DNA of 41,176 bases, taken from positions 1 through 41,176 of IMG/VR virus record IMGVR_UViG_3300020045_006301. The stretch is one strand, 5' to 3'. Positions 29,209 to 38,200 of this stretch are shown here, piece after piece (positions within the stretch are counted from its first letter, which is position 1; every line of letters begins with the position of its first letter). Below the pieces are notes generated by a model. It was not told the DNA's origin. It did no database searches and worked only from the letters and a program-made list of their open reading frames with translations. The DNA is from a virus. Taxonomy: Duplodnaviria; Caudoviricetes. The translations under genes and the position numbers were made by a program.

Positions 29209-29355
29209 TTATTCTGTAGTAGGATTCATTTTATCGTGTAATTTCAACGCTTCAACAAACCAATAATGAACATCGTTACCATCCATTTCAAATAAAGTAT
29301 TTAACGGTGTGCTTGAAAAATGTGCCAGAAATATCAATTGTTCTGGCGTTACACA
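29209..29355 (-). CDS. -1 frameshift extension of the tail assembly chaperone (P2 gpE'-like)
   Basis: CTT TTT GTG TAA; the -1 frame gives CVTPEQLIFLAHFSSTPLNTLFEMDGNDVHYWFVEALKLHDKMNPTTE. Confidence 0.7.
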   Translation of the reverse strand, partial: CVTPEQLIFLAHFSSTPLNTLFEMDGNDVHYWFVEALKLHDKMNPTTE

Positions 29356-29648
29356 AAAAGCTGGTTAATCGGGGTCATTATTTTTAAATAATCTACTCCG
29401 TCCATTTCTTCAAACTCGTCTTTAAAAACGGGTTTTCCGTCAATCTCTACAAGTATTGAAGCCAAACATTCTGCCATATCTGAACCATCCGAATTCATAA
29501 GGCGTTGTGCTTGCTGAACGTGTTTTCCTTTGAAGCGTTTTATAACGCATTTTTTACCACTTGGTAAATCGAATTCCTGGTAAATGTTTCTTTCTTCTGC
29601 GCTAATAGCGTTCGGGTTGACCGATTTTACTGTTTTTGGTGTTGACAT
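29349..29648 (-). CDS. Tail assembly chaperone
   Basis: Between tube and tape measure; LPSG...KGKH...EEMDGVDY. Confidence 0.75.
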   Translation of the reverse strand: MSTPKTVKSVNPNAISAEERNIYQEFDLPSGKKCVIKRFKGKHVQQAQRLMNSDGSDMAECLASILVEIDGKPVFKDEFEEMDGVDYLKIMTPINQLFV

Positions 29649-29689
29649 GTGTGATAAGTTTTAGATTAATTTTAAAACGTAAATATAAT

Positions 29690-29724
29690 AAAAAAACCGA
29701 TATAAATAAAATATATCGGTTTTT
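29690..29724 (-). terminator. Intrinsic terminator
   Basis: AAAACCGATATA / TATATCGGTTTT. Confidence 0.75.
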
Positions 29725-29780
29725 AAGATTTCCCCAAATCTAAAAAGCTACCTACTAGCGATTTTCAGGTGTAAATATAC

Positions 29781-29811
29781 AAAAAAAATCGATACATTAC
29801 ATATCGATTTT
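29781..29811 (-). terminator. Intrinsic terminator after the tail tube gene
   Basis: AAAATCGATA / TATCGATTTT with T8 on the minus strand. Confidence 0.75.
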
Positions 29812-29833
29812 CCCTCCTTTCTTTTAAAATTAA

Positions 29834-30355
29834 CTAACCTCCTATGTTCGCTCTGTAAGTAGCGAATATATCTACTCCATCAACTGAATAAATGTTTGCC
29901 AAGGCATCATAATCTATAACTTCCTGACCATCTATTTCCAATTTGTAAGCTGTACATGTCAATTTCGAAGTTGCTTCAACATTGTCGTGTTGCTTGTAGT
30001 TTCCAGCAGGGAAGTTTTTAGCCTGTACTGTCAAATATGCTACACACGGAACTTCTGCAACTAATCCGTTAGAATCGTGAGTTTCTAATGAACTACGAAT
30101 TTGCAATTTCATTGCTTTTCGTGGATCAGCAAATTTCTTTAAAACGTCTGCGTAAAACGCATTCCATTTTATTGTTGCCTCCAGTTTGTCAATTCCGGAA
30201 AATAATTCAAACTTACCAATCATACCGAGTGCCTTATGCTCTGAAAGCATAAATGTAATATCTGGTAAATTCACTTCTTCAGCTTTTCCAAGCTGTGACT
30301 GACCATCAACGTAAACGTTGGCATTGGTCAGTCTATTTACTTGTATTTGTGGCAT
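29834..30355 (-). CDS. Major tail tube protein (P2 FII-like)
   Basis: NANVYVDG, GKAEEVNLP, GIDKLEA, VDGVD. Confidence 0.9.
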   Translation of the reverse strand: MPQIQVNRLTNANVYVDGQSQLGKAEEVNLPDITFMLSEHKALGMIGKFELFSGIDKLEATIKWNAFYADVLKKFADPRKAMKLQIRSSLETHDSNGLVAEVPCVAYLTVQAKNFPAGNYKQHDNVEATSKLTCTAYKLEIDGQEVIDYDALANIYSVDGVDIFATYRANIGG

Positions 30356-30358
30356 CTG

Positions 30359-31774
30359 TTAGACTATTTGAGTTAATAAATTAATATCCAAATATGATTT
30401 GAATGTGATTCTTTCGGCTGGAGTTGGTCCCATAAACACAAGGTCAAATGTTACGTGTCCAGCAGCTAATTCTTCAGCAGGATTGTCAGCAGGATTATAA
30501 ACGCATTTTGAACCCGATAAAACAGCACCACGCCCGATTAAAGTTCTGAAAAAACCGTTTGCCGTATCTCTTATTGCATCTATAGTTGCTTGATTTATTG
30601 GTCTGTCAATAAATGGCAACATAGCTTGCTCCAATGATTCATGTACAATGTCGGCAATCCTACGAATTGGAATAAAGTTTTTAGGGTCTGTGTTCACTGG
30701 AAATGCAGCAGAACGATTGCCCCATGTTCTTGTTCCTGTTCCGTAACCTGTGAATGTTGTCGTAATTCCTTTTTCATTTAGTAAATTAGCCTCTGTTGAA
30801 GCATCGTTTACCGAAGCAGTAACAACGTATTCAGTGCCTACAATTCCTAAGATTTCGTGATTTGAAGGCGATACCCAATATCCTTCATTCAAATCTGTTT
30901 TTGCTATCACTCCAGCCATAAATTGACTGTATGGAGCATTAACGTTTGAATCTGAATCAGCGTCGTAAACTTTCAAGTGAGGGCATAATAAATATGCTCT
31001 ATAACTTGCTGTTTTGAAATTAATCGTACTTGCTGGTCCACGTCCTGCAATAGCTTGAGTTACCGTAGTTGTAACAGGAGCATCAATTAAGACGATTGCA
31101 CGGTATTTTTCAGCCAATGTAATAAATTCAGTTGCAACAGCTACTAATTCTATGTAAACTGGTGCGATTAATATTTTTGGGTAAAACCCAAAAGTATTAA
31201 ATACCAATTCCAAACATTTTGAACCTGTACGAACACCGCCTGTGTTAGTTCCGATGATCTGAGCAGAAGTTACGGTTCCAGAATCTAATATTTTGAACGT
31301 GAATTTCAATACTAAGTTTTCGGCAGCTATAGCAGATAATGCTACAAAGTTACCGAAAGCGTCAATTGAGTAATCCACACCCTCTACACCTGTAAATGGA
31401 GTTGTCCCATCGGTTAAAAATACCGTTACGGCTCCAATCGGAGCGGCAGACAGTTTCAACTTACCGCCTACAATTGTATGCGATTCCAATGTGATTTGCT
31501 CAGTATTCGTTACAGAATCAAATGTATTAACGACAATTACCGTTGCTGGTCCTTGTTTGAAAATAGCATCCAATGCTTGTGGAATCGTGAATCCTGGCAA
31601 TTGTTGCCCGAACTGAACAGCATCATTTGGCGACAAAACCAAAATAGGTTCGTTTTTTGGACCAGTCGGAGCAAGTCCAACAAGCGCAATAACCGAAGAC
31701 TTCACTACCTGTACAGGTCTTGCGCCTTGGTCAATCTCTATGGTTTCGACACCATGTAAATAGTTAGCTGCCAT
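30359..31774 (-). CDS. Tail sheath protein (P2 FI-like)
   Basis: YLHGVETIEI, GYWVSPSN, WGNRS, PTPAERITF. Confidence 0.95.
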   Translation of the reverse strand: MAANYLHGVETIEIDQGARPVQVVKSSVIALVGLAPTGPKNEPILVLSPNDAVQFGQQLPGFTIPQALDAIFKQGPATVIVVNTFDSVTNTEQITLESHTIVGGKLKLSAAPIGAVTVFLTDGTTPFTGVEGVDYSIDAFGNFVALSAIAAENLVLKFTFKILDSGTVTSAQIIGTNTGGVRTGSKCLELVFNTFGFYPKILIAPVYIELVAVATEFITLAEKYRAIVLIDAPVTTTVTQAIAGRGPASTINFKTASYRAYLLCPHLKVYDADSDSNVNAPYSQFMAGVIAKTDLNEGYWVSPSNHEILGIVGTEYVVTASVNDASTEANLLNEKGITTTFTGYGTGTRTWGNRSAAFPVNTDPKNFIPIRRIADIVHESLEQAMLPFIDRPINQATIDAIRDTANGFFRTLIGRGAVLSGSKCVYNPADNPAEELAAGHVTFDLVFMGPTPAERITFKSYLDINLLTQIV

Positions 31775-31801
31775 ATATTATTAATTAATTAAAAATTAAA
31801 T

Positions 31802-32317
31802 TTATTCTGTTATTTCAATTATATTGATTTCGCCATCTGGCTGGTCAACAAGGGTAATTTTTTGTAAAATAAGCGTTAAATCTTCTGTAAAATCTTCAAC
31901 ATGTAACGATGTAGTTTGAAAAATTACATTGTAATTCCATTGATTGTTGATTTTTTCAGCGTTCTCACTACCTATAGTGTGATGCTTTGTGACTTGTATT
32001 CTTCTGCATCCAGAGGGTTGAAAACCCGTCAATGCTTTTTTTAGAACACTGGCTAAATTGTAAACTCCAAAATTTCCACGTAAAAAAGTACTTTCAATTA
32101 AAATTTGAATAAAAATCTTTTCTTCCTGGGAAATTTGAGCAGTACTCATTGCGTTTCCGTATTCTGAACCCGCATAAATTACGGTAAACTTTGCTTTTGT
32201 AGGCAACGGCTTTTGCTTTTCGGATTCCAATTCAGGAATTCTTTCAACTGTGATTCCAACCGTCATAAACGGTGTTAATCTGTCCACGATTTCGTTTTCT
32301 AAAGTCTCGTAATTCAT
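31802..32317 (-). CDS. Tail terminator-like protein (Gp37 family)
   Basis: Position before the sheath; VIYAGSEY, LTGFQP. Confidence 0.6.
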   Translation of the reverse strand: MNYETLENEIVDRLTPFMTVGITVERIPELESEKQKPLPTKAKFTVIYAGSEYGNAMSTAQISQEEKIFIQILIESTFLRGNFGVYNLASVLKKALTGFQPSGCRRIQVTKHHTIGSENAEKINNQWNYNVIFQTTSLHVEDFTEDLTLILQKITLVDQPDGEINIIEITE

Positions 32318-32320
32318 TTT

Positions 32321-32662
32321 TTATGGTGTTGCATGTCTCAATCTAGCTATAAATGTTTCGCCATCGTATTTGGTTTTTACCTCTACAACCGCAAAATATC
32401 CAATACCTTCAATTGTTATGAATTCCAGGTTTGCAGTATCAACTCTCGCTTTTAAATCATCAAAAAACCCAACTCGATACTCCATAAATGGTTCGTCTGG
32501 ATTCCAAGAATCAATTCCTGAAAGCTCTTGTTTTTCACTTGGGTCTTTATAACCAACTCTAGCTGTAAATGTATCTGACCCACTTATCCAAGTAGCATTG
32601 TACCCCATTGTGTCAACAACAACGTCAAAAGCCTGTTTTTTAAGCGAGTCAAATATATTCAT
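32321..32662 (-). CDS. Head-tail joining protein
   Basis: Position and size; DGETFIARL C-terminus. Confidence 0.6.
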   Translation of the reverse strand: MNIFDSLKKQAFDVVVDTMGYNATWISGSDTFTARVGYKDPSEKQELSGIDSWNPDEPFMEYRVGFFDDLKARVDTANLEFITIEGIGYFAVVEVKTKYDGETFIARLRHATP

Positions 32663-32665
32663 TTT

Positions 32666-32986
32666 TTATCGTGCTAAAAGTACTTTTACAGAGGTTGCTC
32701 CATCAGCAACAGCCTCGTGAACGTAACCTACAAAGACGTTGGTTGATACAGTTGTGGTAATTAAACCAGCAGCCACATACACTTTTACTCCGATTGTCAT
32801 TGCTCCGGAAGCTGCTTTTGGTAAGCTAAAAACACCATCCAAATTTAAGACAGCATCTTCTCCGACCCCATAAGCTCCGGCAGAAACTCCGACTGTAGCT
32901 CCAATAGTAACTAATTCTCCAGAAGCTATGGCTACGCCAACGCTTGGAACTACTATCGTACATCCTTTTTGTACAAAATTTTTCAT
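32666..32986 (-). CDS. Capsid decoration/cement protein (DUF2190)
   Basis: MKNFVQKG, GVFSLPKA. Confidence 0.85.
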   Translation of the reverse strand: MKNFVQKGCTIVVPSVGVAIASGELVTIGATVGVSAGAYGVGEDAVLNLDGVFSLPKAASGAMTIGVKVYVAAGLITTTVSTNVFVGYVHEAVADGATSVKVLLAR

Positions 32987-33049
32987 AAAATATATTTTTT
33001 TTTAAAATTAAGGGCGATAATTAAACCGCCCTGATTATTTTTATTTCTA

Positions 33050-35065
33050 CTATGCTGGAGCAGCTCCGTTGTTGCGGTACAAGCCTCTCCAATCTATAGC
33101 TTTTGCAGCAAAGATTAAGCGAGCTTTAACTTCAAGTCCATCAATATTGAATCCTTCTCTCTGATCAATAAACAACTCTTCTTCTCCTGCTAAGAACGCA
33201 TACTCTACAGTATCCAAACTTGCTGGATCAGAAGCCAAGAACCATTCGTAGTTTTCAATTTCAGCATCAACAACAAGTGTTAAGCCTGTTAAGGAACCAA
33301 TAGGAGTATCTGATTGTTTAGTTGCTACAAAATTAACAGAAGTTAATTTTTGAGCCAAAAATTCATTTTTAGGACCTACTATTAAAAACTTAGGTTTCAA
33401 GTTTAACTTATTACCAGCTCCGTCTTCTTGTTGTCTGAAAGAAGTATAAGCAGTGCTTAAAGTAGCTTCTGATAATGCAGTACCTCCTGTTGTTTGATTT
33501 CCAGCAGTACCAACGAAATTTTTATGAGCAGCAGAAAACAATGCAGCACCATCATTCATTACTGTAAACCCATTAGCTAAAAGCATGGAATAAACAATAT
33601 TTGTTTGAAGTCTTGCAGCAGCAGCAGCAAAAGCTTGTGGCAATCTATCGAAAGCGCTTAAATCATCATTGATGATAGCTTCCCATGTAATACCAATAAT
33701 CTTACCGTATTTCGCTAACTTGTAAGATTCTCCGCCTTCTGAAAAAGTACCATATTTGTACTCTTCTCCTTCTCTTACTTTTTCAAGGTCTCCAAGCAAT
33801 TCAGATAATCTAGCACGTGTTACCGTTCTAAAATCGTTCATAGTTGCTCTTCTAGCCCATGCTGTAAAAGTACGTTCCTGGATAGCGTATTGCGCCAATA
33901 AAGTACGATTAACAGTGTCCATTAATAATAATGGAAAGTCTGTTGTGTGGTGCAATCCTCTGATTTTACCTCCAAGTGCAAAGGTAGCGATTTCTTTTCC
34001 AGACATTCCAGCAGTTCTAACACCTGCACGTATTAAGGATTCTTCTGCGAAACGAAGTAAATTCATTCCTCTGAACTCCTGCGCAGCTCTTACGTTTTCC
34101 TCTCCCATAACCTGTGAAGCGTTTGGCGTAATTCTCAACACTAATGCGTTGGTCATTGCTGAACGTGTTTTTTCCTTATCGTCTTGCACTTGCTGTACAG
34201 TTGGATTTGGATTTACGGGTTGTTTTTTCTCCCATTCTACCAAGGCACGTTGTCCAGCAGTAGCGAGATCAACGCCCTCTTCGATTAAAGCATCTGCAAC
34301 AGACTGCTCAAGCCCTAAGGCTCTACAGTGTGATGAAATACCTTTGATTCTAGCACGCTCACCAGCCGCAGCCTCTGAACGTGTTTGTTCCAAGTTAGGA
34401 ACTTCCGCAGTCGGTGCTGGCGGTTGATTTACCTCTGGCATATCGTTCGTATTTAAATTAGTATTATTTTCTTGTTCAATATTTTCAATTACAGGAGTAA
34501 TATCTTCAATGGTTGCTTCATTTGTGCTATTATCTTCCGAACGCACACGACTGTTAATGTCTGCCTGAACAGGCACGAATGATATTTCTGTAGGCTGCCA
34601 ATTAATAGCTTTGTAGGTATCTAACTGCCCATCAATATTAGAACGTGTGAGTTGATAGGAAAAAACATCATAGCCAACAGATACCCCCGTTACAATACCG
34701 TCTTTAACCTTGTTCATTAACTCAATATCGTCGTTAGATGCATTTGAAAACCTTAATCTGGCAACGCATTGCCCGTTTTCAACTCTGGCTGATTCAACAA
34801 CGCCAACGACTGCTTTACGAGTAGAACTGTATCTGTCGTGGTTGTCCAAAACAGGCGCACCACTATTCATTCTTGATAAGTCAACATGTGAAGGATCACA
34901 TGATAAAATTTCTATGAATTCGCCAATACTCCAATCGCTAGACCTAACGGGAGTTTCGGTTGCAAAAACTACGTCAATAGTTCTGCTTTCCTCATTAAAT
35001 GAATTTAAATCGAATTTAGCTCTCGTGTTCTGCTTATTTACCGAAACTGTTTTTATCTCTGGCAT
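33050..35065 (-). CDS. Fused prohead protease / major capsid protein
   Basis: APVLDNH, GVSVGY, EISFVPVQAD protease motifs; HTTDFP, YGKIIGITWEAIINDDL and AIDWRG capsid motifs. Confidence 0.9.
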   Translation of the reverse strand: MPEIKTVSVNKQNTRAKFDLNSFNEESRTIDVVFATETPVRSSDWSIGEFIEILSCDPSHVDLSRMNSGAPVLDNHDRYSSTRKAVVGVVESARVENGQCVARLRFSNASNDDIELMNKVKDGIVTGVSVGYDVFSYQLTRSNIDGQLDTYKAINWQPTEISFVPVQADINSRVRSEDNSTNEATIEDITPVIENIEQENNTNLNTNDMPEVNQPPAPTAEVPNLEQTRSEAAAGERARIKGISSHCRALGLEQSVADALIEEGVDLATAGQRALVEWEKKQPVNPNPTVQQVQDDKEKTRSAMTNALVLRITPNASQVMGEENVRAAQEFRGMNLLRFAEESLIRAGVRTAGMSGKEIATFALGGKIRGLHHTTDFPLLLMDTVNRTLLAQYAIQERTFTAWARRATMNDFRTVTRARLSELLGDLEKVREGEEYKYGTFSEGGESYKLAKYGKIIGITWEAIINDDLSAFDRLPQAFAAAAARLQTNIVYSMLLANGFTVMNDGAALFSAAHKNFVGTAGNQTTGGTALSEATLSTAYTSFRQQEDGAGNKLNLKPKFLIVGPKNEFLAQKLTSVNFVATKQSDTPIGSLTGLTLVVDAEIENYEWFLASDPASLDTVEYAFLAGEEELFIDQREGFNIDGLEVKARLIFAAKAIDWRGLYRNNGAAPA

Positions 35066-35131
35066 AATGTGATTATTATTTTACAAATATATAATTTATT
35101 TCAATTACACAACTGTTTTTTAATTTATTTT

Positions 35132-36829
35132 TTAAGCTTCGAAATCAGAATTATCTTTAGCAACCGCCAACGTAATTGGGCGCCTAAATCCATTATCTTC
35201 TTTCCATGCTTGAATAACAGCTTCCGACATTTCAGGAAATGCTGCTAAACCTCTAAAATATGCCTCATCTTTGTCTGTTGGTGTAATTGTTCCGGCACGA
35301 ACACCAACGCCATAAGCGTCAAGAACTCGTTTTAAATCTTCTGGATTTAATTTAGTAGAACCGTCTGGAGTTTCTAACGCACCAGCAGATTCTTTCTCGA
35401 TTACCCACTCAACATTAATTCCGGCATTTTCAAACATTGCTTTATCAGCTTTCATTTGTTCTAAAAGAGTATCCGGATTATAACCCCTGCGTTTACATGC
35501 TTCTGTCCACGAAACAAGCCCTGATTTTAATTCTAAAATCAAACCGTTCATTTCTTTTACCGGATCAATCATTTCACGCCCTTGCGGTGTCCATTCTGCA
35601 CCAGCGTTTTTATTTATAATCATTTTAATTTTTAAACCTTCAATGAACCAACTCCAGATTTTATCACAAAATTGCGGAATAAACATATTATACTGCCAGT
35701 CCTCATTTTGCCTTTGCGCCTCTATCCATCCTGCTTTATAAGAACTGAAATTTACGTTTCCTAAATCGCCTGTTAACTGCTCATACATTATTCCGTAACC
35801 AGCAGCATTTTCTTGTTGGTTTTTAGAAACATATTCCGAAAAACTTGAAGGCGTTGGCGGGTTGTTGAAAGTCACGGTTTCTCCAGGTGCTAAACGCTCG
35901 ATAATACCTGGTTCCATTCTGTCAATTTCTTGACCTGTTTCAGAAACAAAGCCGTCTCCAGCATCTTGTTTAGTAGTAAATGCCACGTGACAAGCAGCAA
36001 CTTTTTGAAGCATCAATTGAGCATCTTTGTAGTCTGCCAAGTCCCGCATTGATAACATCGTTGCTGTACCAAACGGTACGCCTCGCACTTGTTCTGGGAA
36101 TTCTTTATAAAACACGTGAATCATATCGTCAGAACTCACAAATTTAGGAGCCAATTTCATTGTGTATTCATTGTTTGGATTGTGGTCAAAAACCCAGTAC
36201 CCAACACGTTTTCCTTGGTCGTTAAATTCTACACCCTGAACAACATAATTTCCTTTGCGCTCAGAAATCATGTATGAGTTTTTATTATGGTCAACCATGT
36301 GAGGTGCGAGTACCTGCAATTTGATAGGGTGTCTGCTAGATGAGTCCCTACGTTTTAAAACAAAAACCTCTCCCTGCATAGCCACATTACGCATAACCAA
36401 AGATTGCAATCCGTATAACGAAAAGAAACCGTCAAAATCACACTCAATTTTTTCAGCCCATGCCTTCCATTCGTCTTTTATTTTTTGAATTTCTTTCGGG
36501 GTTAATTTTGAATCTGCATTTACAGGAGTTGGCATAATTCCAGTACCAATGACATTATTCTGAATCGTACGTATCGCTTTAAAAATAGAAGCGTTATTTT
36601 TATACCCATGAACCGAACGGTCACGCAACGTTTTTAAAGACTTCTGAATATCGCTGTTTGCGTTTTCAGACGTATTATAAGGCATCCATCCATCGCCTCT
36701 GCGTCCTTTTGTCGCTGCTTCATAACCCCTGATTCCAGAATTAATGGTTTTTTCAATAGCCCTAAATTTAGCACGTTCAGCACCCGCTTTTGGATTGAAT
36801 ATCGAAATAGTTTTGTCAATTATGTTCAT
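35132..36829 (-). CDS. Portal protein, lambda family, with a C-terminal extension
   Basis: YEAA...R, IGTGI, QVRGVP, YEQLTGD..VNFSS, IDPVKE. Confidence 0.9.
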   Translation of the reverse strand: MNIIDKTISIFNPKAGAERAKFRAIEKTINSGIRGYEAATKGRRGDGWMPYNTSENANSDIQKSLKTLRDRSVHGYKNNASIFKAIRTIQNNVIGTGIMPTPVNADSKLTPKEIQKIKDEWKAWAEKIECDFDGFFSLYGLQSLVMRNVAMQGEVFVLKRRDSSSRHPIKLQVLAPHMVDHNKNSYMISERKGNYVVQGVEFNDQGKRVGYWVFDHNPNNEYTMKLAPKFVSSDDMIHVFYKEFPEQVRGVPFGTATMLSMRDLADYKDAQLMLQKVAACHVAFTTKQDAGDGFVSETGQEIDRMEPGIIERLAPGETVTFNNPPTPSSFSEYVSKNQQENAAGYGIMYEQLTGDLGNVNFSSYKAGWIEAQRQNEDWQYNMFIPQFCDKIWSWFIEGLKIKMIINKNAGAEWTPQGREMIDPVKEMNGLILELKSGLVSWTEACKRRGYNPDTLLEQMKADKAMFENAGINVEWVIEKESAGALETPDGSTKLNPEDLKRVLDAYGVGVRAGTITPTDKDEAYFRGLAAFPEMSEAVIQAWKEDNGFRRPITLAVAKDNSDFEA

Positions 36830-36838
36830 AAGTGTTGA

Positions 36839-37063
36839 TTATCGGCAATTATTAGTCCCCTTAGAAAAACTAGCGTATTTTCGTCCGTTGTTGGTATTTT
36901 GTTCTGGAAATAAACAATTCTTCATCATTAATTGAATACGTATCATCTCATCAAGAGAGCGGTATTTTACCGTTTTATCGCCATATTGAACCTCTAAAGC
37001 TCCTGATACAATCGCATCGCTTAAGGTTTGATATTGCAGTAATGTATATTGAGTACATGCCAT
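36839..37063 (-). CDS. gpW-like head-tail joining protein
   Basis: AIVSGALEVQYGDKTVKYRSLDEM. Confidence 0.85.
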   Translation of the reverse strand: MACTQYTLLQYQTLSDAIVSGALEVQYGDKTVKYRSLDEMIRIQLMMKNCLFPEQNTNNGRKYASFSKGTNNCR

Positions 37064-37086
37064 AAGATAAATTTTTGTAAATATAT

Positions 37087-37114
37087 AAAAAAACCGTGGA
37101 TTATTTCACGGTTT
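37087..37114 (-). terminator. Intrinsic terminator closing the accessory/cassette operon
   Basis: AAACCGTG / CACGGTTT with T7 on the minus strand. Confidence 0.75.
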
Positions 37115-37400
37115 AAATTAAATTAAAAACATGGTCTAGTTTTATCTGGTCGTACCATTGCAAATCACTAACGTCAATTATTTTATTTTCTATTTTAACT
37201 AATGGTTTTAATTTTGATAACGTAAACCATTTTCTGTTAATCCAATAACCTTGGCAATTATTGTTGTCTTTTAAATTTACTAAAGAAGGAATATTTGTAA
37301 TATCAAATAATTTCTTTTTTCTGAACGCAAAAATTTTATTTTCTAACTCAAAATAATTAGAATAAGTAATAAAATAACTGTTGTCAAGGTTTTGTCCCAT
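37113..37400 (-). CDS. Hypothetical protein
   Basis: 95-aa ORF immediately downstream of the cassette array. Confidence 0.6.
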   Translation of the reverse strand: MGQNLDNSYFITYSNYFELENKIFAFRKKKLFDITNIPSLVNLKDNNNCQGYWINRKWFTLSKLKPLVKIENKIIDVSDLQWYDQIKLDHVFNLI

Positions 37401-37450
37401 CGTTTATAAGTGTTAATGTATGTTAGTTGCGCGTATGCAGTAGTTATCAC

Positions 37451-37702
37451 TCAGCTTGGCAGAACCTTAAAATGAGTGAAACAAAAGAAGCTACCAAGTG
37501 AATTACAATATCTCATTCCTTCACTTGTCAATATATCATCGGTGTAATTATGTTCTGCTACAAAATATAATTCTCCCCATTGGTCAACTTCTATTCTACC
37601 TGTATATAGCATTTTAGAACCATACCATTTAAATTCTATTTTAGTTCCTTGTTTTAGGCTTTCAAGCATTTCTTGCGTTAATAATGAATCTTTACTTTGC
37701 AT
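37451..37702 (-). CDS. Cassette A hypothetical protein (83 aa)
   Basis: Stop codon abuts GTGATAAC (minus strand). Confidence 0.7.
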   Translation of the reverse strand: MQSKDSLLTQEMLESLKQGTKIEFKWYGSKMLYTGRIEVDQWGELYFVAEHNYTDDILTSEGMRYCNSLGSFFCFTHFKVLPS

Positions 37703-37726
37703 ATCGTTGTAAATAAAAAGCCGAAG

Positions 37727-37857
37727 TGATAACAGTTGCTACCAGCTATAGCCACATTCGGCATTGGTTAGTAATTTTGTGTATTTGTAATTATTTGGCT
37801 CAATCGGAGTATAGTTTTGTGCTTTTGGCTACATCTGGTAGCAACAGGACGTTATGC
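37727..37857. repeat. attC-like site A (131 bp)
   Basis: TAAC-A-GTTGCTACCAG-CTATAGCC ... GGCTACAT-CTGGTAGCAAC-AGGAC-GTTA. Confidence 0.75.
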
Positions 37858-37879
37858 AGGATTGCTACATTTTCGTTTC

Positions 37880-38167
37880 TTAACAAAAATTAGCAATATT
37901 GCTAGTAATTATATAATGTGATTTACAAGGAAAATTATAATTGCCTACAGAACCGATTAAAGATATTTTTTTACCATCAGAACTCTTCACAATTTCCCAG
38001 TTTCTTCCACCGCCCAAGGGCGTTATTGTTTTTAATCCACAACCGCATAAGCAATTATGAGTTGCTGTTTTATATTTTTCGGATATGTATAATTTATTTT
38101 CCTCAATTACTTCTGGAATAACATCGACAAATACAGGTTCAATTGTTACTTTTTTAATCGTTTTCAT
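37880..38167 (-). CDS. Cassette B protein, DUF6527-like Cys/His metal-binding protein
   Basis: TATHNCLCGCGLKTITPL, SVGNYNFPCKSHY. Confidence 0.7.
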   Translation of the reverse strand: MKTIKKVTIEPVFVDVIPEVIEENKLYISEKYKTATHNCLCGCGLKTITPLGGGRNWEIVKSSDGKKISLIGSVGNYNFPCKSHYIITSNIANFC

Positions 38168-38200
38168 AATAAAATTTAGTTTTAATCATACACAACCCCC

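Noticed and set aside
33756-34427. 223-aa plus-strand ORF and the many other short antisense ORFs in the track
   Set aside because: They are shadows of well-supported genes on the opposite strand, with no motifs or expression signals.
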